Below the pieces are notes generated by a model. It saw nothing but the letters and a program-made list of their open reading frames with translations. It was not told the origin of the DNA and ran no database searches. A stretch of DNA of 64,000 nucleotides, taken from the NCBI GenBank assembly GCA_001179505.1, contig CDMY01000261.1:80936-144935 (forward strand), given 5' to 3'. Positions 37,177 to 49,700 of the stretch are shown here, one piece after another; position 1 is the first letter of the stretch; every line of letters starts with the position of its first letter. The DNA is from Vitrella brassicaformis CCMP3155. Its lineage: Eukaryota > Protista > Chromerida. The translations under genes were made by a program, and so were the position numbers.

Positions 37177-38598
37177 ATGACAGGGCAACCTTTCAAGCCG
37201 CCAGCGGTGCGGCCGCAGCTTACCACCCCCCTATTGCCAAACATCCGCGAGAGGAGGCGCAGGCAGGATGAAAGGAAACACCGCCTGGCCATCGAGAGGG
37301 CGGCGCAGGTGGGGAAAGACATTCTTGTGTACGACATGCACTTATCCATGCCTTGCACTGCAGGCTACGATGGCAGAGGAGGATTTGGCAAGCTCTGAAG
37401 GTTCCTCCTCTCCCCCAGTCGCCATATGTGCGCCAGCCACCCACCCCCAATTCCCTTCGATTCACCAGCACAGGACGCCAAACAGCCGCCGTCTCTACGC
37501 GACAGAAAGAATGCCAGCGGTAGACAGAAGTGACTACTTGTCGTCGCATTCATGCCCGACACTCACTTCTGTTTTCTTTCTTTCCCTTCCGGTCCATTCA
37601 GGGACATCATCACACTCGTGGCTACAGCACAATGACGTCCACACACATGGTACCCTTCGGGTACAGCAACCACCGCGACATGGTCACCCGCTCAACCGAC
37701 AATGACGGCAGCATATGTCTGCTGCCATCGCCGGAGCAGCTGGGGGACTTCATGAATGAGCAGCTGAGGGACCTGAGACAAGAATTGACGAACCTCCTGC
37801 ACGCCAAGAAGACACTGGTCGGGTCACTGGTCGAACCATCCCACTTTCCATATTCTTCTCTGCCATCTGAGTCACGTCGTTTCTGTGTGCGATGCGATGC
37901 GATGCGATGCGATGCAGACGCGTCGCGTGCGTTTCCTGCAGGACCGTTTGGATGCGGTGAGCAGTGCGCGTGACGACGAGTCTCAATCGGGTCGGCACTA
38001 CCTGAGGGCACTCCAGCAGGAGATCCGGACACGGGAACGACTTGAGGAGGAGGTTGAAGAGCTGAGGCTGCACGCCAAGCAGCAGCAGAGGAATGTGGAA
38101 GCTCAGAGGGGCAAGTGGCTGCGCGAGTTTGGCAGCTCAGGGGCGTTTCTGACGGCCAAGGGCGGCCAGGCTCACTATGAAGCACTGCAGGTATCCATGA
38201 GGGTCGACAGGGCAAGGAGTGCAAATATCAACGCCCCTGACGGCGGCATTGCGTGCAGGCTGAGGTGCGGTCACTGCGTGCGCAGCTGCAGAAGTTCCGC
38301 ACCGATACGGAGAAGGAGGAGACCCTTGCCCGCCTGGAGCATGACAACCACGTGCAGGCTTCGATGATACGGAAGCTGCAGGAGGCCCTCGGCGAGGCGC
38401 AGGCAGCCGTTAAGATCCTACAGACGAAGGTCAGTCAGGTGTCGTGCAGCCTGACAATACACCGAATTTTCAATGGCGTTGCGTGTACCGCTTTACCAGC
38501 TGCAGAGATCGTACCAACAGGCAGAGCTTGTGGAAGGGGTGGCAGAAGAGACACACAGACAGACGCTGCCTGCCGAGAGTGACCCAAGAGACACATGA
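37177..38598 (+). CDS. Hypothetical coiled-coil protein
   Basis: About six exons splice in frame, with heptad-like segments NEQLRDLRQELTNLLHAKKTL, ALQQEIRTRERLEEEVEELRL and AEVRSLRAQLQKFR..IRKLQEALGEAQAAVKILQ. Confidence 0.6.
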
Positions 38599-39277
38599 GC
38601 TGGCGGAGAGTGCGCTGATTGGTTGAAGAGAGATTCATGTGCGTACGTTCCCATTGTGGTGTCTTCTCCTTGCTGACGTCGAGTGGGTGTGCGGCGAGTG
38701 TATGTGCGTGTTGATATGCACAAGTCCGTGTGTGTACCTATGTACGTGTGGACAGGACGGGCAAGCCGGCCTTCTCTGATTGACTGTCTGTCTGTTGATC
38801 TGCCCTCTACTGAATGATATGCATGCCATGTGTACACATCCGGTAGGCCGCATCCGTTCGACCATCCATTCAGAAGCTCGGGTCCCAAGTCCAGTAGCGA
38901 GAAATGCATTCAGAGGGCATAGCATACAAGGATTGGCGTGTGGGGTGGGGGGTGGGGTGGAGTGGATTCCATTGGATAGATAGACAGGCAGACCAACCGC
39001 AGCGAATGGTAAGAGCCGATACATTGATACATCATGAGACAGACAGACAGACAGACAGACAGAGAGACAGAGAGACACACAGATCGGCCTATGTGCTGCC
39101 CTGCACGCTCTGACAAATCACTGGATGGAGAAAAAGATGGCAGGCAGGCAGGCAGGCAGGCAGCCTCTCCCCTCTCTCTCTCCCTCTTCCCGATGTACGC
39201 ATCTCATCACCCACTCGCTGTGCACCAACCCAGCCGCCCCCCCACCATCCCACCCACATATATCTCCCTGATCGCAA

Positions 39278-40536
39278 TCAGATCTCCCACACCGGCTTGT
39301 TGGCGTCAGTGGTTTTCTTGGCCTTCTTCTTCTGCACAACACGACGCACAGCACCTCGGTACAGTGTGTTGCCATGTGTGTGCCATCTGTGTGTGCGTAC
39401 GTTTCTGTCGAGGTATTTGTGTATGTGTGTCTTGATGGCGTTGGTCTTGGCCACGTCCAAAGGCGTCAGGCGCTCGTTGTCCTCCATGTCAGCAAATACC
39501 TGCTTGTCGGGAAAGTCAGACAGCAAACACTTCACCTACGCACCATAGACACCAGAGAGGGAGATCCAGAGACACGTGATCATCCCGCCAGCCTTCCTCT
39601 CCTCCTGTGTGTGACCGCGTCCTCTGCGCCACTTCGCGCCGCCAGGTGTAGGGGAGTCAACCTGCACGCAGCCACAGTGATTGCGCGCGTCCATATGTCT
39701 ACGATGTGTCATGTCTCCTCACTTACAGTGCGATTGTCGGTTTGTTGATGTCGGCCCCATGGTCCACCAGCCACTTGATGGCGCGGGGATGGTTGCCGAC
39801 GCACGCAAAGTGCAGTGCCGTGCGGCCCAACTTGGTCTCAGCATTCACGTCAACACCTAACAAGAATTATATGAAGCCACGTCTCAGCCCATCATCAGCC
39901 AGCCGACCGACCGACCAGCGCTGAGTGCGAGTTGAATGATGTCGACCTCCCCTTGCCAGGCGCCATGGTGCAGCAACGTCTGAGTGGAGAGACAGACGCA
40001 CACATGACGGAACGCCCGTGTCCGCGCCGAAGCGCGCACGCACCATCTCGCTCTCTGGGTCTTTGACGGAGAAATCCACGTCAAAAGCCTGCAATGCCCT
40101 GCGTTGCAGAACGGTAGGAAAAGAAGACAGTAATCGATCAGAGGGCCCAACATGGAGGAGAGAGGAGATTTCACACACCGGATCTTCTCAAAATCTGGCT
40201 TCTCCTTCGTGATCTCCTGCATCAACTGCACCCATCCATCCATGCGCCAGCACAGACAGAGGCGCACACACGTACACACGCAAGATTCCCCAGCCCCCAT
40301 GAATGAATGAATGCTTTCTATACCTGCCTAGTACCTACCTTCATCTGGAAGCGTCTTGCGAGTGTGACGGACTGTCTGGCCTCCGACGAACGCTTCCCCC
40401 CCATCGGACTCTGGGCCTCCTTGATCAACTCCTCCGCCTCATGATCGATCTCGTCGTCATGACCCTCATCCCCACCCTTGCTCAGACGTACACCTCGCAA
40501 CTCCTCAGCGATGAGCGACACATCTGCTGCTGCCAT
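39278..40536 (-). CDS. Ankyrin-repeat protein
   Basis: Exons encode TLLHHGAWQGEVDIIQLAL, GRTALHFACVGNHPRAIKWLVDHGADIN, LTPLHLAARSG and RLTPLDVA. The last exon is uncertain. Confidence 0.8.
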
Positions 40537-41527
40537 CCTCCCGACACTCAGCCTGCATGCCAAGACAGACATCGGTGGGAAAGACAGTCACTGACAGTCA
40601 CTAACATGGGGCCGTCAAGAAAGCGCGAAGGGCCTGCGTTTCCTCTCACCTATGCGATCAACGGGGGAAGTTGATATTCCTCCTCTCCTCTCTCTCTTTT
40701 CTTGGCTTCTTCTGCGAGCTAAGCTAGGGGGCCCCCAAATGGCGAGAATCGTCGCGACTTTCTGTCTCTGTCTTTCACTCCCTTTTCTTGTTCGTTTCTC
40801 TGCGTTCGCTCAGCCTGCTATTTCTTTCTGCGTTTTCCACTCTGCAGCCACCCTGCCGCCAAAGGCCTCAGCGCCAGGGATAAAGAAAGAGGCAGTCATC
40901 CGACCTTGGGCGACGGCCACGTGAGCCTGATGGAGCCCGCGATGCCCGAATGGAGGCGCGCGCCACCCGGCCTCAAGAGTGTCACGGTGCGCCAGCTGTA
41001 GCCAGCTGCTTTCGTCGGGCAAAGTTTCTCTGCGGACGCCTTAAAGGGTTGGAGGAAGGCATTGAGGTACTCACGCACACGCCATCGCTCCGTCGTGAGT
41101 GGCGTTTCAGGTCAAACACTCCGCCAGTGTGGTGAGCACTGTACTTAAACTCGCACAGTGTGAAGTTGTAGAGGGCAGAGAAGATACACCGTGGTCTGGT
41201 GCTCTCCTCTTCTCTCTTGCCCTCTCTGCGGTTCTGCACGGCCAGCCATGTCAGTGCCGATTAGTGTCACAGGTCGCCTCCCTCCCCCTTGTCCCCGGCC
41301 GCCGCCGCCAATCGATATCGACGCCGACATCCACGTGGAAAAACACAAGACCGGTACGCAGGAGGGAGGGAGAGACGCCATTCAACAATCGGACGCGTGC
41401 AGATTCAACTTGCACGGACATGCCGCAGCGCCCGTGGGAAGGGCAGGAGAGCCAGGTGAGTAAGTGTCACACACACACACACACGCACACACAGAGAGAG
41501 AGAGAGAGAGAGACAGGAGTACGGCGT

Positions 41528-42060
41528 ACGCTCCTCACCTGGGATGGGCGTCTGTTCCAGATGACCTCCACGTGGGAGGTTGAGCGGCGCCTGGCAGCCG
41601 TCTGTATTGAACTGGGGAGTTCCCGAGGGGTGGAGAGAGAAGTCATACAATTGGACAGGAGGCAGGTCGGGGAGAGGGAGGAGCGGCGTGACCCCTGGAT
41701 GAGGAAATCGTATCTGGAGGACAAGCGGGTGCTCCCATCACAGCAGCAGCGCGCCCGTGGACAGGGCAGGGCCGGCAGGCAGGCAACTCGACAGACAACG
41801 GCCGACCGTCATGGCCGCTTTGACGATGACCTGTGTTCTGTGGAGAGCGAGGTGAGTGAGTGGGGCTCGTATGTCGATGCACGCTCCTCACCTGCGATGG
41901 GCGTCTGTTCTTCGTCCATTCAGATGAGGTCCAGGTGAGAGGTTGAGCAGCTGGCGCCAGCGGTCCGTGTTCCTGTTGCTGGAGCCTGCAGAAGAGGTGT
42001 AATTGGAAAGCAGGCAGATTGGCGAGAGCTGGATGCGAGAGCTGAAACAGGGAATTCCTT
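41528..42060 (-). repeat. Two diverged copies (about 41528-41720 and 41881-42060) of an exon-like segment, each ending in a minus-strand donor
   Basis: Shared cgctcctcacctg(g/c)gatgggcgtctgttc and alignable upstream sequence (minus-strand LPDLPPVQLYDF vs LANLPAFQLHLF). The second copy has frameshifting indels. Confidence 0.55.
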
Positions 42061-42127
42061 CCTTGTACGCGGGAGCAAACACAACAGGCGGAAACAGCGG
42101 CTGAGAGCAGATAGGAAGAGCAGCAGC

Positions 42128-44263
42128 ATGTCGGAGACCCCAGCAGAGCCCACCCTTCCCTCCGCCACTCTGATCCTTGATAAATGCGAGGTGGAGCTGT
42201 CGCACGAGCTGGGGAATGGCACGGGGCGACGGTGCGTGGCGGCGTGCTCAACGGCCACTACCTGGCGTTCAAGATATGCGTCCAGACGGCCGACATGTCC
42301 AAGGTGGCGCACCATTGAGAGGGAGACGAGGCTGGAGGCAGGGCGGCTGCAGCACCTGCAGCCGGAGAAGCGGCAGCGGAGTATGCCCGGCTTGTTTGTC
42401 GACATCTATGCCTATGGCACGGCGCACTTCCGCGAGGCCGGCTCCATTGAGCCGCACGAGTGCGTCTACACACCCTGGCCAGCCTCCTCTCGAGGAAGGG
42501 GAGAGCCCACCCACCCACACAGCCCCCTCACCAGAAGGCCCTCGGCATCGCCAGCAAGATGCTCGAGACACTCGAGATAATGCGGCTGGCCGTGCGCGCC
42601 CACCGGGTGGCGATTCGTGAGGCAAGCCTGTTGTGTGGGGACCACTGCCTATTCAATGTCTTCATCAAGCGGTCCGCCATCAACGGTGGTGAGCAACCGG
42701 GAGGGAGGGGTCCACTAGGACAATGGGAATGTGACTCAGTGCACCTACTTGCTGTGTCCTCACGCATTCATTCAGACTCGTCGCTGCCCGAGCTGAGCGC
42801 GGCATCGGCCGGTCCCGACTCAACCACCAACCAGGAGCCGCCCCTCGTCCGCTTCATCGACCTTGCCAACGCCGTCGACCTGCCCGCCCCCACACCAGAC
42901 GCCCCCGATCACCATCCGGGCGCATTCGTGCCGACCAAGGCATCGCAGCAGCAGGCCGAGCAGCAGGAGCCCGCCACGTACACGGCCTACCACGGGGCAC
43001 CGGAGCAGTCATATCTGCTCTTTTGCCGCTCTTCGGGAGAGGCGGAGGCGCTGATTGACTCCTCACGGGACGCACGCAACGCTGGCCACGAGGCGAAGGC
43101 CGAGGAGATGATAGATGAGGCATGCCGGGCAAAATGATGCGGTGGGGTGGTGCTGCGTACGAGAAGTGGGTGAAGACCGGTGAGTTGTGGCCTGCCGCGG
43201 AGCAGATGGAGGGCGAGATGAAGAGGGGCGGCGTGCTGAAGGGCCAGTGGCATGGCAAGGGCCACGACGCGGAAAAGGTGCTGCTGAGCGAGGAGACTGT
43301 CAGCTTCAACTTCGGCATCACCATGCACAACCTGCTGAGTCCGCCGATGCCGCAGCTTTGTCCCTGCGTGAGTCCGCCTGCCCCATCCCCGTCGCTTCCG
43401 TCGACGGCCGCGTCGCTTCGCTCCCGTCTGCTGCCGAGCTGCCGTTGGTCTTCCCGCCCCCGTCACCACAGCCCGAAGCCAGTGATGCATGTAAGCAGCT
43501 GCCTGCATCTGTAGGCAACACTACAGGAGAGGGGCTGCAACAAATGGGGGAGGGAGAGGGGGAGAAAGAGGATTCTCAGAGGCCGGTGGTCCCCCGGACG
43601 AGCAGGCAACCCCCACCACTCGCACCAGCGCCAGCCGTAGGAGCAGCAGGAGTGGTGGAGGGCACACCGCCGTCGATTGGCGGCCGAGAGCAGGCGGCAG
43701 AGAGCGTTCATCGGCTGGAGGGGGAGAGGCCGCCACCATACGCGTGGCACATGTCAGGGAGGAGACAAGGTGCCCGGCTGCTGCGAGTGCATCCGTCCAG
43801 GTACTAAGGACACTCAATACATGGATGCGCCTTATGTGTATTGTTATGCTTGTGTCAGAAGACGTTGGAGGACATTTGTGGCCCCGTCCGAGCGCAACAC
43901 AATGCCCCACGTCTTGTGTCACCGTATTGGCTGCCCCCCGGCGCTCTGCCAACTCAACATTCGCCCCCGCCCCCACCGCCTCCACCACCCCCGCCACCCG
44001 CACCGCTCCCACCGCCTCTGCATCCGTACAGGGCTGGCCACGCCATCCTGGTGCGCGCGGCGGCGCCCACGACAAGAGTGAAGAAGGGGTGGCGATTGAA
44101 CTATGTCACGGAGGAATATGAGTGGTGGTGGCCGAGTCGCAAGGAGCGAGGTGTGTGGGAGGTGAGGTCTGCGCGCCAGGACCTCCAGATGAGGGCATGG
44201 ACGCTCCTGACAACCCTGGTGGGCAGAAGTCCGCAGTCAGTCGCTGGAGAGATCCCTGTTTAG
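42128..44263 (+). pseudogene. Divergent protein kinase gene with at least four frameshifts
   Basis: Subdomain-like motifs lie in alternating frames: ELGNG/GATV..YLAFK (I-II), CGDHCLFNVFI (VIb), VRFIDLAN (VII), YTAYHGAPEQ (VIII), SFNFGITMHNLL (IX). Shifts occur near 42222, 42312, 42460 and 43130. Confidence 0.6.
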
Positions 44264-44436
44264 GAGGGATGCGTTGCGCCACCTGCTGCGTGGCCCTATT
44301 AGTAAATGACAAGATGATGTGCCGACCCGAGGAAATTCATGCAGGGAGGGAGGGAGGGGTGATGGCTGACGGACGTGTACGGGTGCGACTCGACGGCGTG
44401 ACCAGCAGGCGGCCGGCAGCGAGCGACAAATCTGCA

Positions 44437-44575
44437 ATGCGCCTGCTGTACGGCCTCATCAACGCAGGCGCCCTCTACCTGGCCTTCGACGTCTCGACCG
44501 CACTCCCCAACGGCAAGACCGTCGACATCATGACCCTCGGCATGGTCACCATCAAGGTCACCATGTGCACCCAGA
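44437..44575 (+). other. Orphan exon-like fragment (RLLYGLINAGALYLAFDVSTALPNGKTVDIMTLGMVTIKVTMCTQ)
   Basis: Strong C-ending codon bias followed by a GT donor. It could not be joined to a gene. Confidence 0.25.
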
Positions 44576-45053
44576 GGTGGACTGTGGTGTGGTATGTGCA
44601 GATTCTGAACGCGTTGGTTGCTGGTGGTGCGAAGGTCGTTGGTTTGACACACCACACGCAAGGCAGAGACAGCATCGATCCGGTGTTCGTGTTGGGTGGT
44701 GGCGAGTGGTGGAGGGGACACCGCCGTCGATTGACAGAGACAGCAGGCGGCATATCGCTGCGTGCATTTTATATTTCTGAGTCTCATTTTTCATCATGGA
44801 TATCTGCTTATGTGTGAATGAATGTGCGCGGACATGAAGCGTCAGCCAATTTATGTGAAGGTGCTTGACGTCAGTCGACAACAATCACTCACTCGCTCAC
44901 TCACTCACTCACGCCCATCCATCCATCCATCCGTCGTCTGTCCATTTATCTGTCTGTCTGTGGTATGCACACACTCACTCTTTGTCTTGTTCTGTTGCAA
45001 TCACGCACACGACAGGCAGCATGATGCTCAACACAGGATCGACCATAGAGTGA

Positions 45054-46113
45054 TCAGGGCAGGAACACGAGATCACCATCGCCTAGAAGAGAGTCACACA
45101 CAGACACACACCACACGTCTCGCATGTGCGTATTCATCCACACTGTCCGACACAGTACCGTCGTTGTTGTGTCGGCGGTTCCGGCGGGGCTTTTGTGGGC
45201 TCGCCTCTCGCTTGGCGACCTGACACACATGAAACACCATCAAATGCAGACGGACATTCACGAGTGACATTGATGCGTGTGCACCTTGGCTCTTTTCTTT
45301 GGTTTGGGTTTGGTCTCCTCTTCCTCCTCAGAGATGTGTGCCTCGAGTGACGCATGCTCACTCTCGTCAACCTGAGAGACACACACACGTATTCACACAC
45401 ACAGGAAGGTATTCAATGCTTCTCTGCCGCACTGACCTCTCCCAGCTCGGCGTAGTTGGTGGTTTGGCCAATCATGCGACAAGCACGAGTCGGGCGGCGA
45501 GCGGCGACGGCGTCAGTCTGCTTGCGCTGCAGCCACACACAACACATGAATGTACTTATGTGTGTCATGTAAGTAAAGGGAGAGTGGTTTGTCTTGGCGC
45601 TGACTGTTGTCTTGGTGTTGTTGTCCTTGTTGTCCTTGTTGTCCTTGTCGGCCTTGTCGTTGGCTGATTCGTTCTCCTGGCTGTCGATCATCGGGTCTCG
45701 CTCCTGCATCGTCTGCGCCTGATGCAACCCACGCAGAGCCGTCCAACCGCCATCGTCCGGCACCCACACTGACAAGAGTGGGACACAAAATGAGAGAGTG
45801 TCAGTCAGTTTGCCGTTTGTGTCTCTCTCTGTCTTTGCTGACTCTTGACTTTGAGTGTCTTGCTGATGCGGATGTGTGTCAGCTTCCACTTGGTGGCCAG
45901 TGCAGTGGTCTGCTTCCTCCTGGACGACTTGCGCCGCACCAGCCTCGCGAGGTTCTCCTCCTTGACTTGGTGCCGAGCCTGAAACGATGATGTTTGTGTT
46001 TGCTTGTCTGCCTCCCCTCTGTGTGTGTGCTGGCTGTGAGTGAGTGCGTGAGTACATACCTGTGTGAGTAGCGGGTCTTCCTCCCACGGGACGGCACTGG
46101 CAGTGACTGACAT
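45054..46113 (-). CDS. Small basic/acidic nuclear-type protein with a BCL7-like N-terminal motif
   Basis: About seven exons splice in frame: MSVTAS..LLTQ|ARHQ..ATKWKLTHIRISKTLKVKM|WVPDDGG..|RKQTDAVAARRPTRACRMIGQTTNYAELGE|VDESE..KPKPKKRAK|VAKREASPQKPRRNRR..|DGDLVFLP*. Contains NLS-like basic clusters. Confidence 0.55.
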
Positions 46114-46731
46114 GATATCGGTCAGTGTGTCGAATGCGTGGTTTCGGTTGACTTTGCAGCTTGCGTGCATACATGCGTACGTACGTATTCATCGTGTGCG
46201 TGCATCACCATGCGTGATTTCGAATCGTCTCATCATGGGGATACTCCCCGTCCCGTGAACGCCTGGCTCGATTGTTCATGAGAGGGGAGGGAAGTGTCCC
46301 AGCTGCCGGATGGGCCGCTGAGTGTTGTCTGGGTGGCTATGGTGGTGCATTGCGTGGACCTGTGACCTTGAAGACACGAGATCGACTAGACGACAAACAC
46401 ACGCACGTGCTGCTCATTTATCCAAGCGGGCCATTCAGCACGCACAGCAAAAGTGGCCACACACACACACACACACACGCATGTCAGTCAAGCTCGTTCA
46501 CTCACTCGGCAGTCTTGTTGATAAACAGCATCCATCCATCCATCAACTGGTTGGTCACCCCGCGCCCAGAGTTAACCAGAGATGTGTGAATCAAAGGACG
46601 AGCAACACACACATGCACACACAGAGATACCCTGACTGATTAAGCAGCTCAGCCTGGCTGAGAAAGGAAGCCTCTCCTCCCATCTGCCCACGAGAGAGAG
46701 ATGGATGACCCGGCCACCCACAGTCTGTCAG

Positions 46732-49700
46732 CTAGTAGAAGACCTCGGGAGCCATCCAGTGGATGAGGTTAAGCACCCCAAAGAAAATGAGCCCCCCGAA
46801 GGCCGTGCACAGCCTTGGCGTCACGCCGTAGAGCGAGATGCCGTTGATGCAGGCAACCATGTAGAGGGGCTGGGTGCCAAACAGCATCGGCCGGCTCACG
46901 TTGAAATGCACCAGCACACGAGAGAAGAGCAACGAGTAGAGCCAGTAGATGACCCCCACCCCGCAGTAGAGGAAGAATGACAGCGGAATCAAAACTGTCG
47001 ACTGCACCAGGATCGCCCAGAAGGGTATCATGTCGTACTGCGGAGCCAGCAGCGACTCCTGCACAAACAGCACCCGCGACACCAGCTCGTCGACCCACCC
47101 TCTCTCCCCCACACCCACAGCCGGCCCCCTATCCACACCCACCATCTCCCACTCCCCCACAGGACCAAAAAAATCCTCAGATATCCCTGTCGTTGGGCCG
47201 TCAGCCGACATACCGATCAGGTAGCCGTGCAGCAGGATGCCAGCGACCAGGAAGGTCATGTAGCTGACCAGCAGGAACAGCACGCCCCAGAAGGGCATGT
47301 GGCTCCACAATGACGGCCGCCTCACCAGCCCAAGCGCTCTGTGCAAGGGCAGGGGACGCTCCTCATAGGCTGCGTGAGTGAGGGGCCGGGGGAAGTGCCC
47401 GATGCCGCTGCTGATGCGCTGGGTGTTGGTCGACCGGTATGCTGTGTGGCGGTGAGGGGCCTCCTGCTGGTGTGCAGGGAGGGGGAAGGGCCACATGCGT
47501 GTGGACAGCCGGGGGGCGGCGCTGGCGCTTGTCTTGCCGAACGGCCAGATCCGGCCCTGCTGGTCGATGATGAAAGTCGAGTAGCACGACGCGCTCACGT
47601 GGGCCGCACGGATGCCCTGCAATACATACATCACGTCACACCGACAGACAAAATGAGCGCCAGATCCATGTGCAGTGAGTGCACCCATTCGCCAATCCAG
47701 CCACCCACGCACGCACCTGTCTGGAGAGCGCGGTGTTCTGTGAGAACCGGTCGACGCCCTCGGGTATCTTGAACCCCATGCCGTAGGCGTTGTTCCGGCC
47801 CTGGTTGACGGCTTCTGCACCTATGCCGTCGTCGAGCTGGTGTGCCGACACCACCCCCAGTTGGCCCTCAGTGTTGCGCCCCCACACGAGCACCCGACCG
47901 TCGCGCGTCTGGATGACGGCGTGTGAGTGGCCGGTGTGGTGCGTCACCTCCTGCCGCATCAGCAGGTGGAAGGCAAAGGACGGAAGGGACCACGCAGGCG
48001 AGCAGCTGATGCGCTCGACCTCCACGTGACCCAATCTGCACACAGGACACACACACACACACACACACATACCCATTTCACTCCATTTGTGTGTGTGTTA
48101 CCCACCTGTTAGGCATTCTGAGGCTACATGGCGCCCAGGACAGTTGCCCGCTGCTCGTGAGAGCCGCATGTGGTATCGTCCGCCGGAAGTGCCACCCGAA
48201 CATGTAGGCGTGGCCGGCATCATCTACGGCGAAGAAGCCCCTGGGCGCCCTCGCACTCACGTCCACCACCCGCACGCCACTGAGTGCCGTCACCTCACAC
48301 GCCTGGACGATCGGCAGCGTGGCCCAGTGAGGCCCGGGAATGAAGGACGGCGCCTCCCGACTACTGGCGAAGGGCGTGGTGGGCGGCAGGAGGACCTCCC
48401 TCTCGGGCCTGAGCAGCGCGCCGGGCTTCATGGGCGTGGGTTTATGGCCGAGGCTCTCCTGGATGAATGAGCTCATGCCGTGGAACAGGAGGGCCTCCTG
48501 CTGCACTCGAGTACTGAGCATCGCCCGGGGCACCAGCAGCCACGACGCATCGGGGAACAGGCAGGCGCGCCCATCCGTCGACCGGGCGATGTGTGCCACA
48601 CTCCCAGCCGCTATCTGGGCCACGCCGGCCTCGAGGCCGCAGACGGCCACCTGGTACCCGGCCATAACGGCCATCCCCAATTCGTCGGTGTGGAAGGGGT
48701 TGGCCACCATCAGCACCCCGCCCCTGGCCGTGCGCAGGACCAGTGTGTGCCACGGGTTGCAAGCGAACTCAGCCTGCACGATCCGCACCACCTCCACATC
48801 GCCATCGTCGACCCACTCGTCCGCGGCCGCCGGTGCTGCCGCTGCTGCTGCTGATGCTGCTGATGCTGCCGGGCGCGGTATCAACGGGTCAGAGGGGCGT
48901 GACTCAATCGGGTCACTCTCCTCCTCTCGTGCCTTGGTCGTAAACAGGGTCCATGAGCGCTGGGGGGTCCGGTGCGGTGTCGGTGTGGGCGGGGGGCCTG
49001 GGGAGGTCTGGGGTGGGATGGGAGCGACAGGGGATGGAGGGTGGCTGTCAGTGACCACGGGGACGTCAGGCCTGAGGTAATGCAGCGCCCGTCTGGGGTT
49101 GAGCAGCCGGTCCGGCCGCAGGAGGAAGAAGAAGTCCCTCAGCTGCTTCGACACCCACACGCACCCGTCGGTCGTCACCAGCGCCACATACTCGGCGGAG
49201 TTCATGCCGATGCTCATCGACAGACTCGCTATCGCCGGCCGGTCGATGGGGCGGGGGATGGACAATGGCACGCTGTTTGAACGTGCGGCTGGTTTGAACA
49301 GCGTCAGTCGCCGTGGGGGCGGGGGCGGCTGCAGCAGGGCGGAGGGAGGGGTGAGGGGGAGGATGTTGGATGGGCGCAGGGGGATGTCCACGCGAGTGGG
49401 GCCGCCCCCAGTACAGGCATAGAGGGACCCTCTGCGCAGGATCAGTGTGACGCCGCCGACGTTCTTGACGAGCACGACGGGATCGGCTCGGCCTCGCCTC
49501 GCATGAACAGCCGATCTCTTGGGGGACGCGTCGCCGCCCCTGAGCGGGCTGTCGGAGAGAGCGGTACCCATCCTCTCGCGATAGCACTCACGGACCTCCA
49601 TGAAGTGCAGCAGACGCAGCCCCTCGCCCGTCTCCTTTGTGGCGGGCGACACGGGTTCCTCGGCCTCATCTCCACCGGCATCCACCGTAGGGGGGCGTCT

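Noticed and set aside
40740-41240. Short protein-like fragments (MARIVATFCLCL..; YLNAFLQPFKASAEKLCP; ALYNFTLCEFKYS..)
   Set aside because: The first resembles a pyrimidine-rich intron or UTR; the others are in different frames with no recognisable domain.
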